From IMG/VR virus record IMGVR_UViG_3300036772_000425, positions 138,924 through 202,923 of that record: a stretch of DNA of 64,000 nucleotides; one strand, 5' to 3'. This stretch comes from a virus. The notes below the pieces were generated by a model, which saw nothing but the letters and a program-made list of their open reading frames with translations, ran no database searches and had not been told where the DNA came from. Shown piece after piece: positions 16,823-25,654 of this stretch. The position numbers were made by a program, and so were the translations under genes. Each line of letters opens with the position of its first letter. The stretch's first letter is position 1.

Positions 16823-17072
16823 GGTCCACAGCGTGCTCCCCGGAGACCACGTGCGCCTGCTCTGGGTGTACCGGGTGCTTGAGTCGGGCGAGGTGGGTTG
16901 GTTGCCGACCCGTGAAGAGCACAACACGATGCGGTCGCTGAAATGCTCATGTCTGGTGGTCTGCGCGCTGGACGACATGCTGCTGATCCTGACGGATGAC
17001 GGCGTGAAGGCGATCGAACTTGACCCGAAGCCCTGGGTGATGCCCACCCTCATCGTCTGCCCGTTCCCATGA
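16812..17072 (+). CDS. PGD-motif small beta-barrel paralog
   Basis: VLPGDHVRLLWV...CLVVCALDDMLLILTDDGVKAIELD. Confidence 0.5.
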   Translation: MGGRVHSVLPGDHVRLLWVYRVLESGEVGWLPTREEHNTMRSLKCSCLVVCALDDMLLILTDDGVKAIELDPKPWVMPTLIVCPFP

Positions 17073-17410
17073 CGACGCACGTGGACCCTCTCCTCGACAG
17101 CACGCCGTCGTTCTGCACCCTGAGGATCGGGCTACGCATCTACTCGGATGTGGACGTGGTGCCGGGTGACTTCGTCATGTTCCGTTCGTTCAACGATAAT
17201 TTCCGCCTGGCACTGCACAAGGACGTCACACGAGATGCTCGCTGCAGGTACATGGGACACGTAGGACTTGCACCCACGGGCACCGTGCCCACCCTGCTGG
17301 TGCACGTCTCAGCGGCGCGCCTGGTCCTCCTGCAGGGTCCTGTCCTGATCGACCTGGAACCTGATGACGTGACGCTCATGTACGACGTCATGATGGTGCG
17401 TGCCAGCTGA
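17069..17410 (+). CDS. PGD-motif small beta-barrel paralog
   Basis: VVPGDFVMFRSF...TLLVHVSAARLVLLQGPVLIDLEPDDV; ATGA overlap. Confidence 0.5.
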   Translation: MTTHVDPLLDSTPSFCTLRIGLRIYSDVDVVPGDFVMFRSFNDNFRLALHKDVTRDARCRYMGHVGLAPTGTVPTLLVHVSAARLVLLQGPVLIDLEPDDVTLMYDVMMVRAS

Positions 17411-17715
17411 TGCTGTTCTGCACGTCGCAGGCTGCGAACCGCTGCTCTTCTACGATCTGGTCACGCCCCGACGTGGCACCGGGCGACCTCTTCCGGTTCT
17501 GGTCAGTGGATTCCGAACCGGTCACCCTGACGCTGTGCCAGATCCCGAACATCGACTCCCACTGGTACTTCTCGTACGGGAACCCATCGCATCGGACCAT
17601 GCTGATCCACATCAGCACGAACCGGCTGGTCTTCCTGCAGGGTTGCAGGCTCGTCGACCTCAGCTCCGACGATGTCATTGGTGGGGCCGACGTTCGGATG
17701 CTGCCCATTGGGTGA
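17410..17715 (+). CDS. PGD-motif small beta-barrel paralog
   Basis: VAPGDLFRFWSV...TMLIHISTNRLVFLQGCRLVDLSSDDV. Confidence 0.5.
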   Translation: MLFCTSQAANRCSSTIWSRPDVAPGDLFRFWSVDSEPVTLTLCQIPNIDSHWYFSYGNPSHRTMLIHISTNRLVFLQGCRLVDLSSDDVIGGADVRMLPIG

Positions 17716-17741
17716 AACCATCCGAGCGCCGGTGGTAAGAT
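17712..17741 (+). promoter_or_regulatory. phage promoter GTGAAAC-N17-TAAGAT
   Basis: motif; ATG of AT-hook gene 8 nt downstream of -10. Confidence 0.5.
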
Positions 17742-17749
17742 GGAAAGGT

Positions 17750-18553
17750 ATGGAAGAATCCGTCCCTCTGGTCCCGGGCAGCTACCGGCTCCCCGACAGC
17801 TTCGGCGATCCTGACGAGGATGGGATCCCGCTCGACAAGCGTGCCGACCTGCTGGCCCCCGTCGCGACCACCGCGGAGACCGAGGGTTGGTCCACCTCCG
17901 TCGTCGATGACGATGAGGGCATCACGGGCGACTGCACCGTGGTCCGCGTCGGCGGGCACCTGGACCTCGCGCCCGCCCAGCGCCTGGCCCGATGGCAGTC
18001 GCGCCGGCCCAGGATCGACCACCTGCCCACCGGATCCGTCCACGTGCCGGTGATGCTGGACGACGACGGTTCGGTGGAGGCGCTGGCGCAGGTCCTGCCG
18101 ATCTTCGACGTGGGTGACCGGATCGTGGTCGAGCGCCGGACCGACCTGCTGGACGGGCAGCCCTGGCTGGACACCCTGGTGGGCCGGGTCTTCAGCATCG
18201 ATGATGACACCGGTGTGGTGTGCATGCTGGACGAGGAGAGCGATCCGCGGTGCCCGGTGCGAAGGTACGTCAGCCTGCGGAACGAGCTCCACGATGTCCG
18301 GTTGGCCCCCGCCCGGGGCAACCCGTTCAACGCAGGCCTGGCCCGAGCGCAGCTGAAGGAACAGGAGCGGCAGCGCCAGGCGAAGCTGCTGCAGGAACAG
18401 GGGCTGGAGGCACCCGCGAAGCGCGGCAGGGGCCGCCCGGCGGGCAGCAAGAACCGCCCGAAGGAGGTGGTCGCCGCGGAGAAGGAGCAGTACCGGCAGG
18501 AGCAGGTGCAGAAACGTGAGGAACGCCGGAAGCGCCGGCTGGGCCTGCTGTGA
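17750..18553 (+). CDS. AT-hook DNA-binding protein (267 aa)
   Basis: C-terminal KRGRGRPAGSKNRPK (GRP AT-hook core) followed by Lys/Glu/Arg-rich tail; own promoter inside the array. Confidence 0.6.
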   Translation: MEESVPLVPGSYRLPDSFGDPDEDGIPLDKRADLLAPVATTAETEGWSTSVVDDDEGITGDCTVVRVGGHLDLAPAQRLARWQSRRPRIDHLPTGSVHVPVMLDDDGSVEALAQVLPIFDVGDRIVVERRTDLLDGQPWLDTLVGRVFSIDDDTGVVCMLDEESDPRCPVRRYVSLRNELHDVRLAPARGNPFNAGLARAQLKEQERQRQAKLLQEQGLEAPAKRGRGRPAGSKNRPKEVVAAEKEQYRQEQVQKREERRKRRLGLL

Positions 18554-18861
18554 GCCTGAATCCAGGTGACCTGGTAAGCATCAGCTTCAGCAGTGCTTGG
18601 AGAGCGCACAGCCTCGGGACACTTGACATCTCGTACCGGACCACGCAGGAAAGCCTTGAGCAGCTGCGCATGCTGGGAGCAGCTGCGGCGGCCGACGGCG
18701 CCAAGCGGTGGAGAATCGATGGGTGCCTGGTGATATCGAACACCTGGAGCGCTGCAGCAAGCACGCTGGAGCTGCGCATCCTGCACGGTCAGCAGGTGCT
18801 GCACCTGATCAGGTGCGATGACATGCGGGCCGACTGCCTGGTCATGCGGGTCGATGCATGA
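18550..18861 (+). CDS. PGD-motif small beta-barrel paralog
   Basis: GTGA overlap; MSLNPGDLVSISF... Confidence 0.5.
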   Translation: MSLNPGDLVSISFSSAWRAHSLGTLDISYRTTQESLEQLRMLGAAAAADGAKRWRIDGCLVISNTWSAAASTLELRILHGQQVLHLIRCDDMRADCLVMRVDA

Positions 18862-19148
18862 TCACCCGGATGTTCAGCCAGCACCCGTTCTCTTCCGGAG
18901 AGATCGTTGGTGAGATCCGACCCGGGCAGCTGTTCCTTTTCGTTTTCACGGGCGCGCCGGTATCCGGATCGCTCCTGGCAGAGTGCATGCCGCAGGGTTG
19001 GTACTTCGTCGAGAATCCGAGCGATTGGGTTCTCATGCTGGTCCACTTCAGCGAGGAACTGCTGGTGTTCATGAGCCCATCCGGCCCCGTCCGCATCGAA
19101 GCAGGAAGGCTGCAGACGGGCAGCAAGATCAGCATGGTGCCCGTGTGA
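18858..19148 (+). CDS. PG-motif small beta-barrel paralog
   Basis: ATGA overlap; EIRPGQLFLFVF...WVLMLVHFSEELLVFMSPSG. Confidence 0.5.
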   Translation: MITRMFSQHPFSSGEIVGEIRPGQLFLFVFTGAPVSGSLLAECMPQGWYFVENPSDWVLMLVHFSEELLVFMSPSGPVRIEAGRLQTGSKISMVPV

Positions 19149-19399
19149 AACCGGGCGACATGGTCACGCTGGCATGGGACCACGAGTGCCTGGACGACCA
19201 GTTCTGGATCGGCGTCGACCAACCGACATGTGAAGGGTTGCTGCTGAGCGCCTGGGACGCACGGACGACATGGCTGGTGCTGTCAGTCCTCCACGGAGAT
19301 CGGATCACCATCTTCTCCGATTTCGGTACCTTCAACGTGTACATGCCGCGGCTCGGGCGCGATGGCAACGTGCCGCGGATGCTCATCAAGCCACTGTGA
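19145..19399 (+). CDS. PGD-motif small beta-barrel paralog (GTG start)
   Basis: VKPGDMVTLAWD...TWLVLSVLHGDRITIFSDFG. Confidence 0.45.
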   Translation: MKPGDMVTLAWDHECLDDQFWIGVDQPTCEGLLLSAWDARTTWLVLSVLHGDRITIFSDFGTFNVYMPRLGRDGNVPRMLIKPL

Positions 19400-19410
19400 G
19401 GACATCGTCA

Positions 19411-19704
19411 ATGGACAGGAAGCAACCCTCGACGTGGGCAGAACCCGGTGAACTGTGCGTGATGCAGTACCTGATCGAGGGCGGGCAGCTGTCGCATCCC
19501 TTCCTCGTACCGGGCCAACCGGCGAACCTGCTGGTGGCGATCGGGCCGGTCCGGGACGGGGTGCCCGAGCACGTCTGGATCCTCCGGGGACACAAGCTGA
19601 AGCGGATCGGTCGGGCGATCCCGCTCCGCCTGGAGCATGCGGTGCACCGTTCAGCCTGCGCAGAACGGTACGAACCGGACGCTCCACCGCCCTGGGTCGC
19701 ATGA
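19411..19704 (+). CDS. PG-motif small beta-barrel paralog
   Basis: GAGGA SD; AEPGELCVMQYL...LLVAIGPVRDG. Confidence 0.5.
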   Translation: MDRKQPSTWAEPGELCVMQYLIEGGQLSHPFLVPGQPANLLVAIGPVRDGVPEHVWILRGHKLKRIGRAIPLRLEHAVHRSACAERYEPDAPPPWVA

Positions 19705-19755
19705 GGCCCGTCGATCCTGTGCAACGTACCGACCGAACCTGGTAAGGATAGGAAC

Positions 19756-20199
19756 ATGAGCGACATCCAGCACACCATCGACGGGCTACGACGATCGGCC
19801 GAGCAGGACACCAAGCGTGCCGACGGGCTGCAGCTGCTGCTGGCCGCGTACCCGGACCTGAAGCGCCACGTGGACAGGTGGGACAAGGAGACATTCTGCT
19901 CCCGCACCGTCAACGCGAAGGTGATCTCGTACGACATGAAGCGCAACTGCGGGTGCTGCGCAGACACCCCGGTGGAGGTGTGGCCCTACCTGGACACGAG
20001 CAACGGCAGGGTCCACAGCGATCCGCCTTGCTTCCGGGTCGGGAACCAGGACCCGGAGTCCTACACGTACGTGGCACGGTTCGGGTGGGAGGAGGGCCTA
20101 CGCAGCGCCGGCATCCCCGACGAGATGATCGGCAGGATCGGCCTGAGCCTCAGCCCGGCCGTCGAACCGGAACTGACGGCGGAGGTCGATTACCCATGA
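19756..20199 (+). CDS. hypothetical Cys-rich protein (147 aa)
   Basis: AAGGATAGGA SD; CGCCADTPVE. Confidence 0.55.
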   Translation: MSDIQHTIDGLRRSAEQDTKRADGLQLLLAAYPDLKRHVDRWDKETFCSRTVNAKVISYDMKRNCGCCADTPVEVWPYLDTSNGRVHSDPPCFRVGNQDPESYTYVARFGWEEGLRSAGIPDEMIGRIGLSLSPAVEPELTAEVDYP

Positions 20200-20642
20200 A
20201 GGAAAAATCGAGCGCGACGGCAGCACCGTTGGGCCCAGCGCTGGTCCACCGCTGGCACGACCGACGCCAGCTCAGCAAGACCCTGACGGGCATCTCAAGC
20301 AGCGACGTCCGCGTGCAGGAGGTCTACAAGCCTCTCTACGACGGCATCACCGACCCAGCGCTGCTCAAGGCAACAGATGACCTGGCGACTGAGATCCTGC
20401 TCGCGCTCGCGGATGGGAAAGTGCCGGAGGAGGGGACGAGCGCCGGATGGCGCCGGATCATCTGTGGATGGTCGCTGTTCACCCAGATCCGCTTCGTCAA
20501 TGCGGTGGTCTGCACCCTGGACTGGGGCGACAGGAAGGAGAACAGGCCGATGCTCGACCTCGCCAGGCTCGCTCACCGTGCCATCGGAGAATGCATGGTG
20601 TCCGCGCTGGACGTGCTGGCGGGCTACGGGCTCACGAAGTGA
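20196..20642 (+). CDS. hypothetical protein (148 aa)
   Basis: ATGA overlap; internal Met of ORF 19878..20642. Confidence 0.5.
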   Translation: MKEKSSATAAPLGPALVHRWHDRRQLSKTLTGISSSDVRVQEVYKPLYDGITDPALLKATDDLATEILLALADGKVPEEGTSAGWRRIICGWSLFTQIRFVNAVVCTLDWGDRKENRPMLDLARLAHRAIGECMVSALDVLAGYGLTK

Positions 20643-20950
20643 AGCCCAGCACGTTCTGGTTCTCGGGTCGGATCGGTGAACCCGGTGACATGTGCTGGCT
20701 GTGCGAACCTGCGGTCCACGATGAAAAGCTCTTCATGATGAAGGAGTGGATCGACCGGGTCGAGAGGGAGGGCGTTGAATACCCGCTGCACACGAAGTAC
20801 CTTCTGGGTTGGGGTTCCGGACAACCTGCGCCGCCGGTGCTGCTGCTGGCCCGCAGCATCGATCCACGTGACAGGAGCGTGGTCCTGATGCGGGGCTCGG
20901 TCCACGTGTTCACCCGGGTCACCCCCATCAACGTGGACAGCGTCCGGTGA
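20639..20950 (+). CDS. PGD-motif small beta-barrel paralog
   Basis: GTGA overlap; RIGEPGDMCWLC... Confidence 0.5.
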   Translation: MKPSTFWFSGRIGEPGDMCWLCEPAVHDEKLFMMKEWIDRVEREGVEYPLHTKYLLGWGSGQPAPPVLLLARSIDPRDRSVVLMRGSVHVFTRVTPINVDSVR

Positions 20951-21273
20951 GCGACATCAGGCTCCTGCATGCCCGGACCCGGCAGCGGATACCCGTGCCG
21001 GACGGCCTGGTCGCCCTGCCGGGTGACCTGTGCACGTTCGCCACGCTGGTCGACAACGCATGCATGCTGGTTCCGTGCGACTTTCGCCAGCGCTGGGACC
21101 ACACGCAGGCACGGACGGTGAAGGTGCCGGAGCTTGCCCTGCTCATCCACCTCGATTTCTTCCCGAAGCAGGCCTACAGGACGTTCGTCACCGTCCTGGT
21201 CGACGGCCGGATCATGCGCTTCATGTCGCTGGTACCCATCGTCATCCACTGGAAGAGCCTGGTGGCCGCATGA
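20947..21273 (+). CDS. PGD-motif small beta-barrel paralog
   Basis: GTGA overlap; ALPGDLCTFATL... Confidence 0.5.
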   Translation: MSDIRLLHARTRQRIPVPDGLVALPGDLCTFATLVDNACMLVPCDFRQRWDHTQARTVKVPELALLIHLDFFPKQAYRTFVTVLVDGRIMRFMSLVPIVIHWKSLVAA

Positions 21274-21560
21274 GGCCAGTACCGGGCGACCTGTTCCACT
21301 TCGTCATCACGGAGGCACGCAAGCAGAAGCTGCGGTCCACCCTGCAGGGCGCGCCCGAGGCGATCGAACGGATCATGCAGGTCAGGGCGCAGGGCTTCGG
21401 ACCCTTCGGCCCGGCCGCGGGCTCGGGCGTGCAGCACCTGGTCATCAGCATCGACGACACCGGGATCACCTGGTTCAACGTGTACGGCGTCCACACCCTG
21501 CGCTGGGCCGACCACCGGACCCTGACGGAGCAGTGGATCTACGACGTGGAGCGCCTGTGA
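21270..21560 (+). CDS. PGD-motif small beta-barrel paralog
   Basis: MRPVPGDLFHFV... Confidence 0.5.
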   Translation: MRPVPGDLFHFVITEARKQKLRSTLQGAPEAIERIMQVRAQGFGPFGPAAGSGVQHLVISIDDTGITWFNVYGVHTLRWADHRTLTEQWIYDVERL

Positions 21561-21820
21561 TCCGGCCGGGCGACATGGTGGTGTGGCGAGGGGCCCTATC
21601 GTTCGCGGTGGCACCCGAGGCGATCACCTGGTCGGAGCACGCCGGGCGCTTCGTACCGATCGGGTCGAGGATGTGCCACATGGTGGTGTCGGTGGTCGAC
21701 GGCGTGATCACATGGATCAACCCCGAAGGCTGCCACTCGTACGATACCTCCCGTCGCATGTCGAGCGACCCGTACCCGGTCGCCGTCCTGCCGGCCAGCG
21801 GCCCACCGGAGGTCGCATGA
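21557..21820 (+). CDS. PGD-motif small beta-barrel paralog
   Basis: GTGA overlap; VIRPGDMVVWRG... Confidence 0.5.
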   Translation: MIRPGDMVVWRGALSFAVAPEAITWSEHAGRFVPIGSRMCHMVVSVVDGVITWINPEGCHSYDTSRRMSSDPYPVAVLPASGPPEVA

Positions 21821-22116
21821 GGTGCTTTCAATACCCAAGTGAGGAAGCCACTGTCACAAGCGCGGTAGAATTCGTGTGGGCCGCAGACCGGTGGTACCAC
21901 CTCCAACCGGGCGACATGCTGTTCGTCGCCGCGTGCAACTTTTGGGTGCAATCGCACGGGTGCATGGTCGGTCCCATCGACCTGAGGAACGATGAGGAGC
22001 ACATCCAGTTCAAGGAGCCGATCGCGCTACTGGTGGTGGGCTGCACCAGGGCGTACGACCTGCAGAAGCGTGTCCTCGTCATGGTCCCGCACCGCGGGGT
22101 CTGGGCGCTGCCATGA
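21817..22116 (+). CDS. PGD-motif small beta-barrel paralog
   Basis: ATGA overlap; LQPGDMLFVAAC... Confidence 0.5.
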   Translation: MRCFQYPSEEATVTSAVEFVWAADRWYHLQPGDMLFVAACNFWVQSHGCMVGPIDLRNDEEHIQFKEPIALLVVGCTRAYDLQKRVLVMVPHRGVWALP

Positions 22117-22322
22117 TCGTACCTGGTGACATGGTGGTGACGAAGGAGCACCATGTCCTGTTCGTGGACAAGGAACGCATCGGACCGCAGGTCACGGTGC
22201 ACAACGTGGTCCGGACCCTGCTGGTGATCGGCACCAAGCTGTACAGAACCCAGCTGCTGGTGCTGGTCCCGGGCATGGGTGTGATGCGGATCCGGATGAA
22301 AGACGTGGAACGCGCACCATGA
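22113..22322 (+). CDS. PGD-motif small beta-barrel paralog (short, 69 aa)
   Basis: MIVPGDMVVTKE... Confidence 0.5.
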   Translation: MIVPGDMVVTKEHHVLFVDKERIGPQVTVHNVVRTLLVIGTKLYRTQLLVLVPGMGVMRIRMKDVERAP

Positions 22323-22609
22323 ACACCCTCATCAAACCTGGGACCTTGATCAGGGGCGGTGCATTGGTGCGCAAGCGCCGGGCCGGGCGTGACCTGGTGC
22401 AATCCTCAGCGATCGTCAGCGACCTGCTGGACGATGAGGGCACCACGGTGCTGGGCGTCAACATCATCGGGTACCTGGGCAAGGATGAGGTCGGAATGGT
22501 CATCACCCGTCTGCACCGTCCAAAAATGCACGGCCTGCTGCTGGTCCTGAGCCGCCATGGATTGGGCTGGACCCGAGAGGATTGGATCCGACGTGCTGGC
22601 ACCCGGTGA
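22319..22609 (+). CDS. PG-motif small beta-barrel paralog
   Basis: MNTLIKPGTLIRGG... Confidence 0.5.
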   Translation: MNTLIKPGTLIRGGALVRKRRAGRDLVQSSAIVSDLLDDEGTTVLGVNIIGYLGKDEVGMVITRLHRPKMHGLLLVLSRHGLGWTREDWIRRAGTR

Positions 22610-22838
22610 CATGGTCGTCCATCAGGTCCACAGCTTCATCGACCTGAAGCACGAGGCCGCCGACGGATCCACCCTCGGCTTCGCGCGCCTGCCGAAACGC
22701 GAGGTGTGCCTGGTGATAGCCTGGCGCTGGACGCAGCAGGACTACGGACCGCAGGTCATGCTGATCGGTTCGAGCGGTGTGATGGGCTGGTGCAGCGCGG
22801 ACGCAGTGTGCCCTCTCGAGATCATGAGGGGAGCATGA
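22593..22838 (+). CDS. PGD-motif small beta-barrel paralog (GTG start; ATG alternative at 22557)
   Basis: VLAPGDMVVHQV... Confidence 0.4.
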   Translation: MLAPGDMVVHQVHSFIDLKHEAADGSTLGFARLPKREVCLVIAWRWTQQDYGPQVMLIGSSGVMGWCSADAVCPLEIMRGA

Positions 22839-23098
22839 ACATCCGCCCGGGCGACCTGGTCCGCAGCCCGGAATCTTGCTCGGCGCCTATGTACGATGAC
22901 CCTGACAACGCCATGATCTACGACTGCAACCGGTTCGGCAACTTCGGCCAGGGCGCGAGCAGCAGGATCATGTACGGTCAGCTGGGGATCGCGGTCGACG
23001 TCAGGTTGGCGGGCAGGGAAAACCGCCCGGTGATCATGGTGATGAACCATCGGCTGCGTGTGGGCTGGGTCAAGGCAGAACTACTGCACCATGCTTGA
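22835..23098 (+). CDS. PGD-motif small beta-barrel paralog
   Basis: ATGA overlap; MNIRPGDLVRSP... Confidence 0.5.
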   Translation: MNIRPGDLVRSPESCSAPMYDDPDNAMIYDCNRFGNFGQGASSRIMYGQLGIAVDVRLAGRENRPVIMVMNHRLRVGWVKAELLHHA

Positions 23099-23387
23099 GC
23101 GGGAGGAGCACGTGGGAAGGCGTGAGATCGGTCCAGGCACCCTCGTCAGGACGCGGAGCAAGGACCACCGGATCCACATGTCCAGGACGCCGTACCTCGC
23201 CGGACCCGCGGAGATCGTCATCCTGGATCCTTACATCATGCCGACCGACATCATGATGGTGCTGGCGCTGCACCAGTCGAAGGGCATGCACGGTGAGAAG
23301 CACCAGAAGCGTCCCATCGTGGCCCTGATCCTGCTGCGGGGCGCGGTCGGATGGGTGGAGCTGAAGCGCTTGAAACCGGTGGAGTGA
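23091..23387 (+). CDS. PG-motif small beta-barrel paralog
   Basis: REIGPGTLVRTR... Confidence 0.5.
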   Translation: MLEREEHVGRREIGPGTLVRTRSKDHRIHMSRTPYLAGPAEIVILDPYIMPTDIMMVLALHQSKGMHGEKHQKRPIVALILLRGAVGWVELKRLKPVE

Positions 23388-23707
23388 TGCAGCGCAGGAA
23401 GAAGAGCTCCGCACGGATCGACCTCAATCCAGGCGACCTGATCAGGTGGTCACTGGGTTGGGACCCGTACTGCCTTGTCCTGCACCCGGACATCAAGGAG
23501 GCAAACACGTGTCCGGTGGGCTACCGCACCTGCAAACGAGGTGCCAAGGAGAACGCGCTGGGCTCTCAGCAGCTGGGCCTGGTGATCTCGCTGGACCGTG
23601 CCTGGGCTCGGGGACCCAACGTGCCGGTGTGCGCCCTGGTGTGGGTCAGGGGCGGGCTGATGGGCTGGTGCCGGGCACAGGAACTGAGGGCATGCGATCC
23701 GAGGTAG
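23387..23707 (+). CDS. PGD-motif small beta-barrel paralog
   Basis: TGATG overlap; IDLNPGDLIRWS... Confidence 0.5.
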   Translation: MQRRKKSSARIDLNPGDLIRWSLGWDPYCLVLHPDIKEANTCPVGYRTCKRGAKENALGSQQLGLVISLDRAWARGPNVPVCALVWVRGGLMGWCRAQELRACDPR

Positions 23708-24021
23708 CGCAGCTGGGCTTCGGCGACGTGGTGATGTGGCGCTGGAACTGGGAGAACTTCGTCCTGTGGGAGAGGGTGACCGTCACGGACCCGGCGGCCG
23801 TGCCGACGTACGAACGCGGTCCGATCAGGTTCCACGGTGCGCACCTGAAGGTCAGCACCGCATCGGCCCTCATCGTGTGCAGGGTGGTGACGCTGGACAG
23901 CGACGCTCCGTACGTCAAGGCGAACCCGCTGGCGTTCGTCATGGTGCTGGGCCACGGTGTCGCTGGGTGGTGCAGATACGACGATCTGGTGCCGGTGAAA
24001 AACTGCAGCACCATGTGTTAA
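23692..24021 (+). CDS. GD-motif small beta-barrel paralog
   Basis: QLGFGDVVMWRW... Confidence 0.45.
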   Translation: MRSEVAQLGFGDVVMWRWNWENFVLWERVTVTDPAAVPTYERGPIRFHGAHLKVSTASALIVCRVVTLDSDAPYVKANPLAFVMVLGHGVAGWCRYDDLVPVKNCSTMC

Positions 24022-24030
24022 CCTCCACCC

Positions 24031-24282
24031 ATGGCCAAGGAACGTATCCCCGCAAAGCTCCAGCCCAGCGTCGCCTCCACCGTGAAGGCAGCCTGGAAGA
24101 AGTCCAACTCTCACCTGTCCCTGAAGGCATGGGCCCGGTCCGGCTCCTCGGGCCTGGGTGAGGCCTCGGCAACCTGGTTCGCGAACAAGCGCTTGAACAC
24201 CTCCAAGCCCCCGCTGGGCCTCGGGAAGACGCGCCGGAAGAAGAGCAAGAACGGCGCACCCCTGAAGGACGCCAAGAAGTAG
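24031..24282 (+). CDS. small Lys-rich basic protein, putative nucleic-acid binding (83 aa)
   Basis: C-terminus GKTRRKKSKNGAPLKDAKK. Confidence 0.5.
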   Translation: MAKERIPAKLQPSVASTVKAAWKKSNSHLSLKAWARSGSSGLGEASATWFANKRLNTSKPPLGLGKTRRKKSKNGAPLKDAKK

Positions 24283-24293
24283 GACGCCGGCAG

Positions 24294-24689
24294 ATGGATG
24301 GGTTCATCACCACGTTGGGTCAGGTCGTCATCGATGCCGATTCGAAGGTGAACGTGGTGGTGGATCCGGCCATCGTGGACCTCGCGAGGGCCCTGCTGCC
24401 CAGGGCCTGGGTCCCGAACCGGCAGCGCTTCGCGCCCCACATCACGGTGGTCCGGGATGAGGAGCTGACCGTCATTCCGGCCCGGATCCCGGACGTTGTC
24501 ACCTTCATGTACGACCCATGCCCGGTGGAAGGCGAGGTCTACTGGTGGCTGCGCGTCCATTCGCCGGAACTGGTGGAGCTCAGGCGCGCCCTCGGGTTGC
24601 CCGATGGTTCCAGCATGTCGCGGCCACCGGACGGTGAACGGTGCTTCCACATCACCATCGGCAACAAGAAGCACCGTGTTCCCGGGTGA
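24294..24689 (+). CDS. 2H phosphoesterase-like protein (Acb1/LigT-like candidate, 131 aa)
   Basis: two H-x-T-x motifs (APHITVV and CFHITIG) at the spacing typical of the 2H superfamily. Confidence 0.45.
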   Translation: MDGFITTLGQVVIDADSKVNVVVDPAIVDLARALLPRAWVPNRQRFAPHITVVRDEELTVIPARIPDVVTFMYDPCPVEGEVYWWLRVHSPELVELRRALGLPDGSSMSRPPDGERCFHITIGNKKHRVPG

Positions 24690-24963
24690 CATGGTGATGG
24701 CTGCTTTCCCGGGAGCACAGCTGCACCCAAGCTGCGAGCAGGACACGTTGGGAAGATCCTACATGACAGGGCCGGGAACTGACATGGGCCGTCAGGTCGG
24801 GCTGTTGGTGGGCTACGACCCGAGCAGTTCCATCACCACTGTGCTGGTGGTTGACCAGGTCATGTACGTACATGCAGACAACCTGCTTCCGTACCCGGAC
24901 ATGCACCCAGGTACGGCACGGCGGTACCACAAGGATCACAGGTGGGACATTGAACACGGTTGA
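24676..24963 (+). CDS. PGD-motif small beta-barrel paralog (GTG start)
   Basis: VFPGDMVMAAFPG...TVLVVDQ. Confidence 0.45.
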   Translation: MFPGDMVMAAFPGAQLHPSCEQDTLGRSYMTGPGTDMGRQVGLLVGYDPSSSITTVLVVDQVMYVHADNLLPYPDMHPGTARRYHKDHRWDIEHG

Positions 24964-25038
24964 TTTCCTGCTCCGTGAGGCGCTCGTCCTGGGCCTTGCT
25001 GTCTCCAGCGTCATGGTCCTGTGTGCCCTTGTCTCCTA

Positions 25039-25053
25039 CTCCCGCTTCGGGAG
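25039..25053 (+). terminator. short hairpin in 120-nt intergenic gap (weak terminator or regulatory hairpin)
   Basis: CTCCCG-ctt-CGGGAG. Confidence 0.25.
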
Positions 25054-25082
25054 CTGAGTTGAGCAGCGGCGCAGGACCCACC

Positions 25083-25379
25083 GTGCATTTTCGACCGGGT
25101 CAGCTGGTCATGCAGTGCAGGGATGAAACACGTGCACCACGCAGGGTCGTGCTGTGGCCCAGCCTTGACCTGGGCCCGGGTCCTCCGGAGGACAAAGGAG
25201 CTGGGAATTGGCCCAGGATGACAGGTAGCATGGACGTAGTCCCACGCTGCAAAGCGATCATGCTGGTGATGGCGGTGGTGATGTGTCCTACGATCAGCGA
25301 GTACTCCTTCGTGCTGATCATGGATGATGATGGCATCATCGCATGGACGTGGAACAACATGCTGGAACCTGTGCCGTGA
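25083..25379 (+). CDS. PG-motif small beta-barrel paralog (GTG start)
   Basis: VHFRPGQLVMQCRD... Confidence 0.45.
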   Translation: MHFRPGQLVMQCRDETRAPRRVVLWPSLDLGPGPPEDKGAGNWPRMTGSMDVVPRCKAIMLVMAVVMCPTISEYSFVLIMDDDGIIAWTWNNMLEPVP

Positions 25380-25654
25380 TGGTGGGCACCCTGCGAACGG
25401 TGTTCAAGGGAGCAAGGTTGTACAGGACTCTCGTGCCAGCGAAGTGCGAGGGTGGGTTCCTGCTGCAGCACCTGCGCCACCACCCTGACGAAGATCGGGT
25501 CGGTTCCGAGCAGATGCTCGTCCTGTGCATCATCGGCTCGAGCTCGACACCCAACGAGATCGCGGGCCTCCTGAGCCCGCAGGGCGAGGTGGTGTGGTCG
25601 TTCCTGTACCACGTTCGATCGTTCTCGTACGACACCCACTCGGGTCCGTTCTGA
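25379..25654 (+). CDS. small beta-barrel paralog (divergent)
   Basis: stop-start overlap; MVGTLRTVFKGARLYRTLV...MLVLCIIG. Confidence 0.45.
   Translation: MVGTLRTVFKGARLYRTLVPAKCEGGFLLQHLRHHPDEDRVGSEQMLVLCIIGSSSTPNEIAGLLSPQGEVVWSFLYHVRSFSYDTHSGPF

Noticed and set aside
12501-19967. Antisense ORFs over the paralog array (12695..13621, 13519..14274, 17782..18804, 19283..19967 and the like)
   Set aside because: Same high-GC shadow-ORF pattern. The sense-strand genes are tiled end-to-end with stop-start overlaps.
19141-23390. Extra GTGAAACC / TTGAAACC occurrences (about 19141, 23376) as promoters
   Set aside because: They sit inside coding sequence as codons for V-K-P / L-K-P with no TANNNT hexamer at 17-nt spacing.
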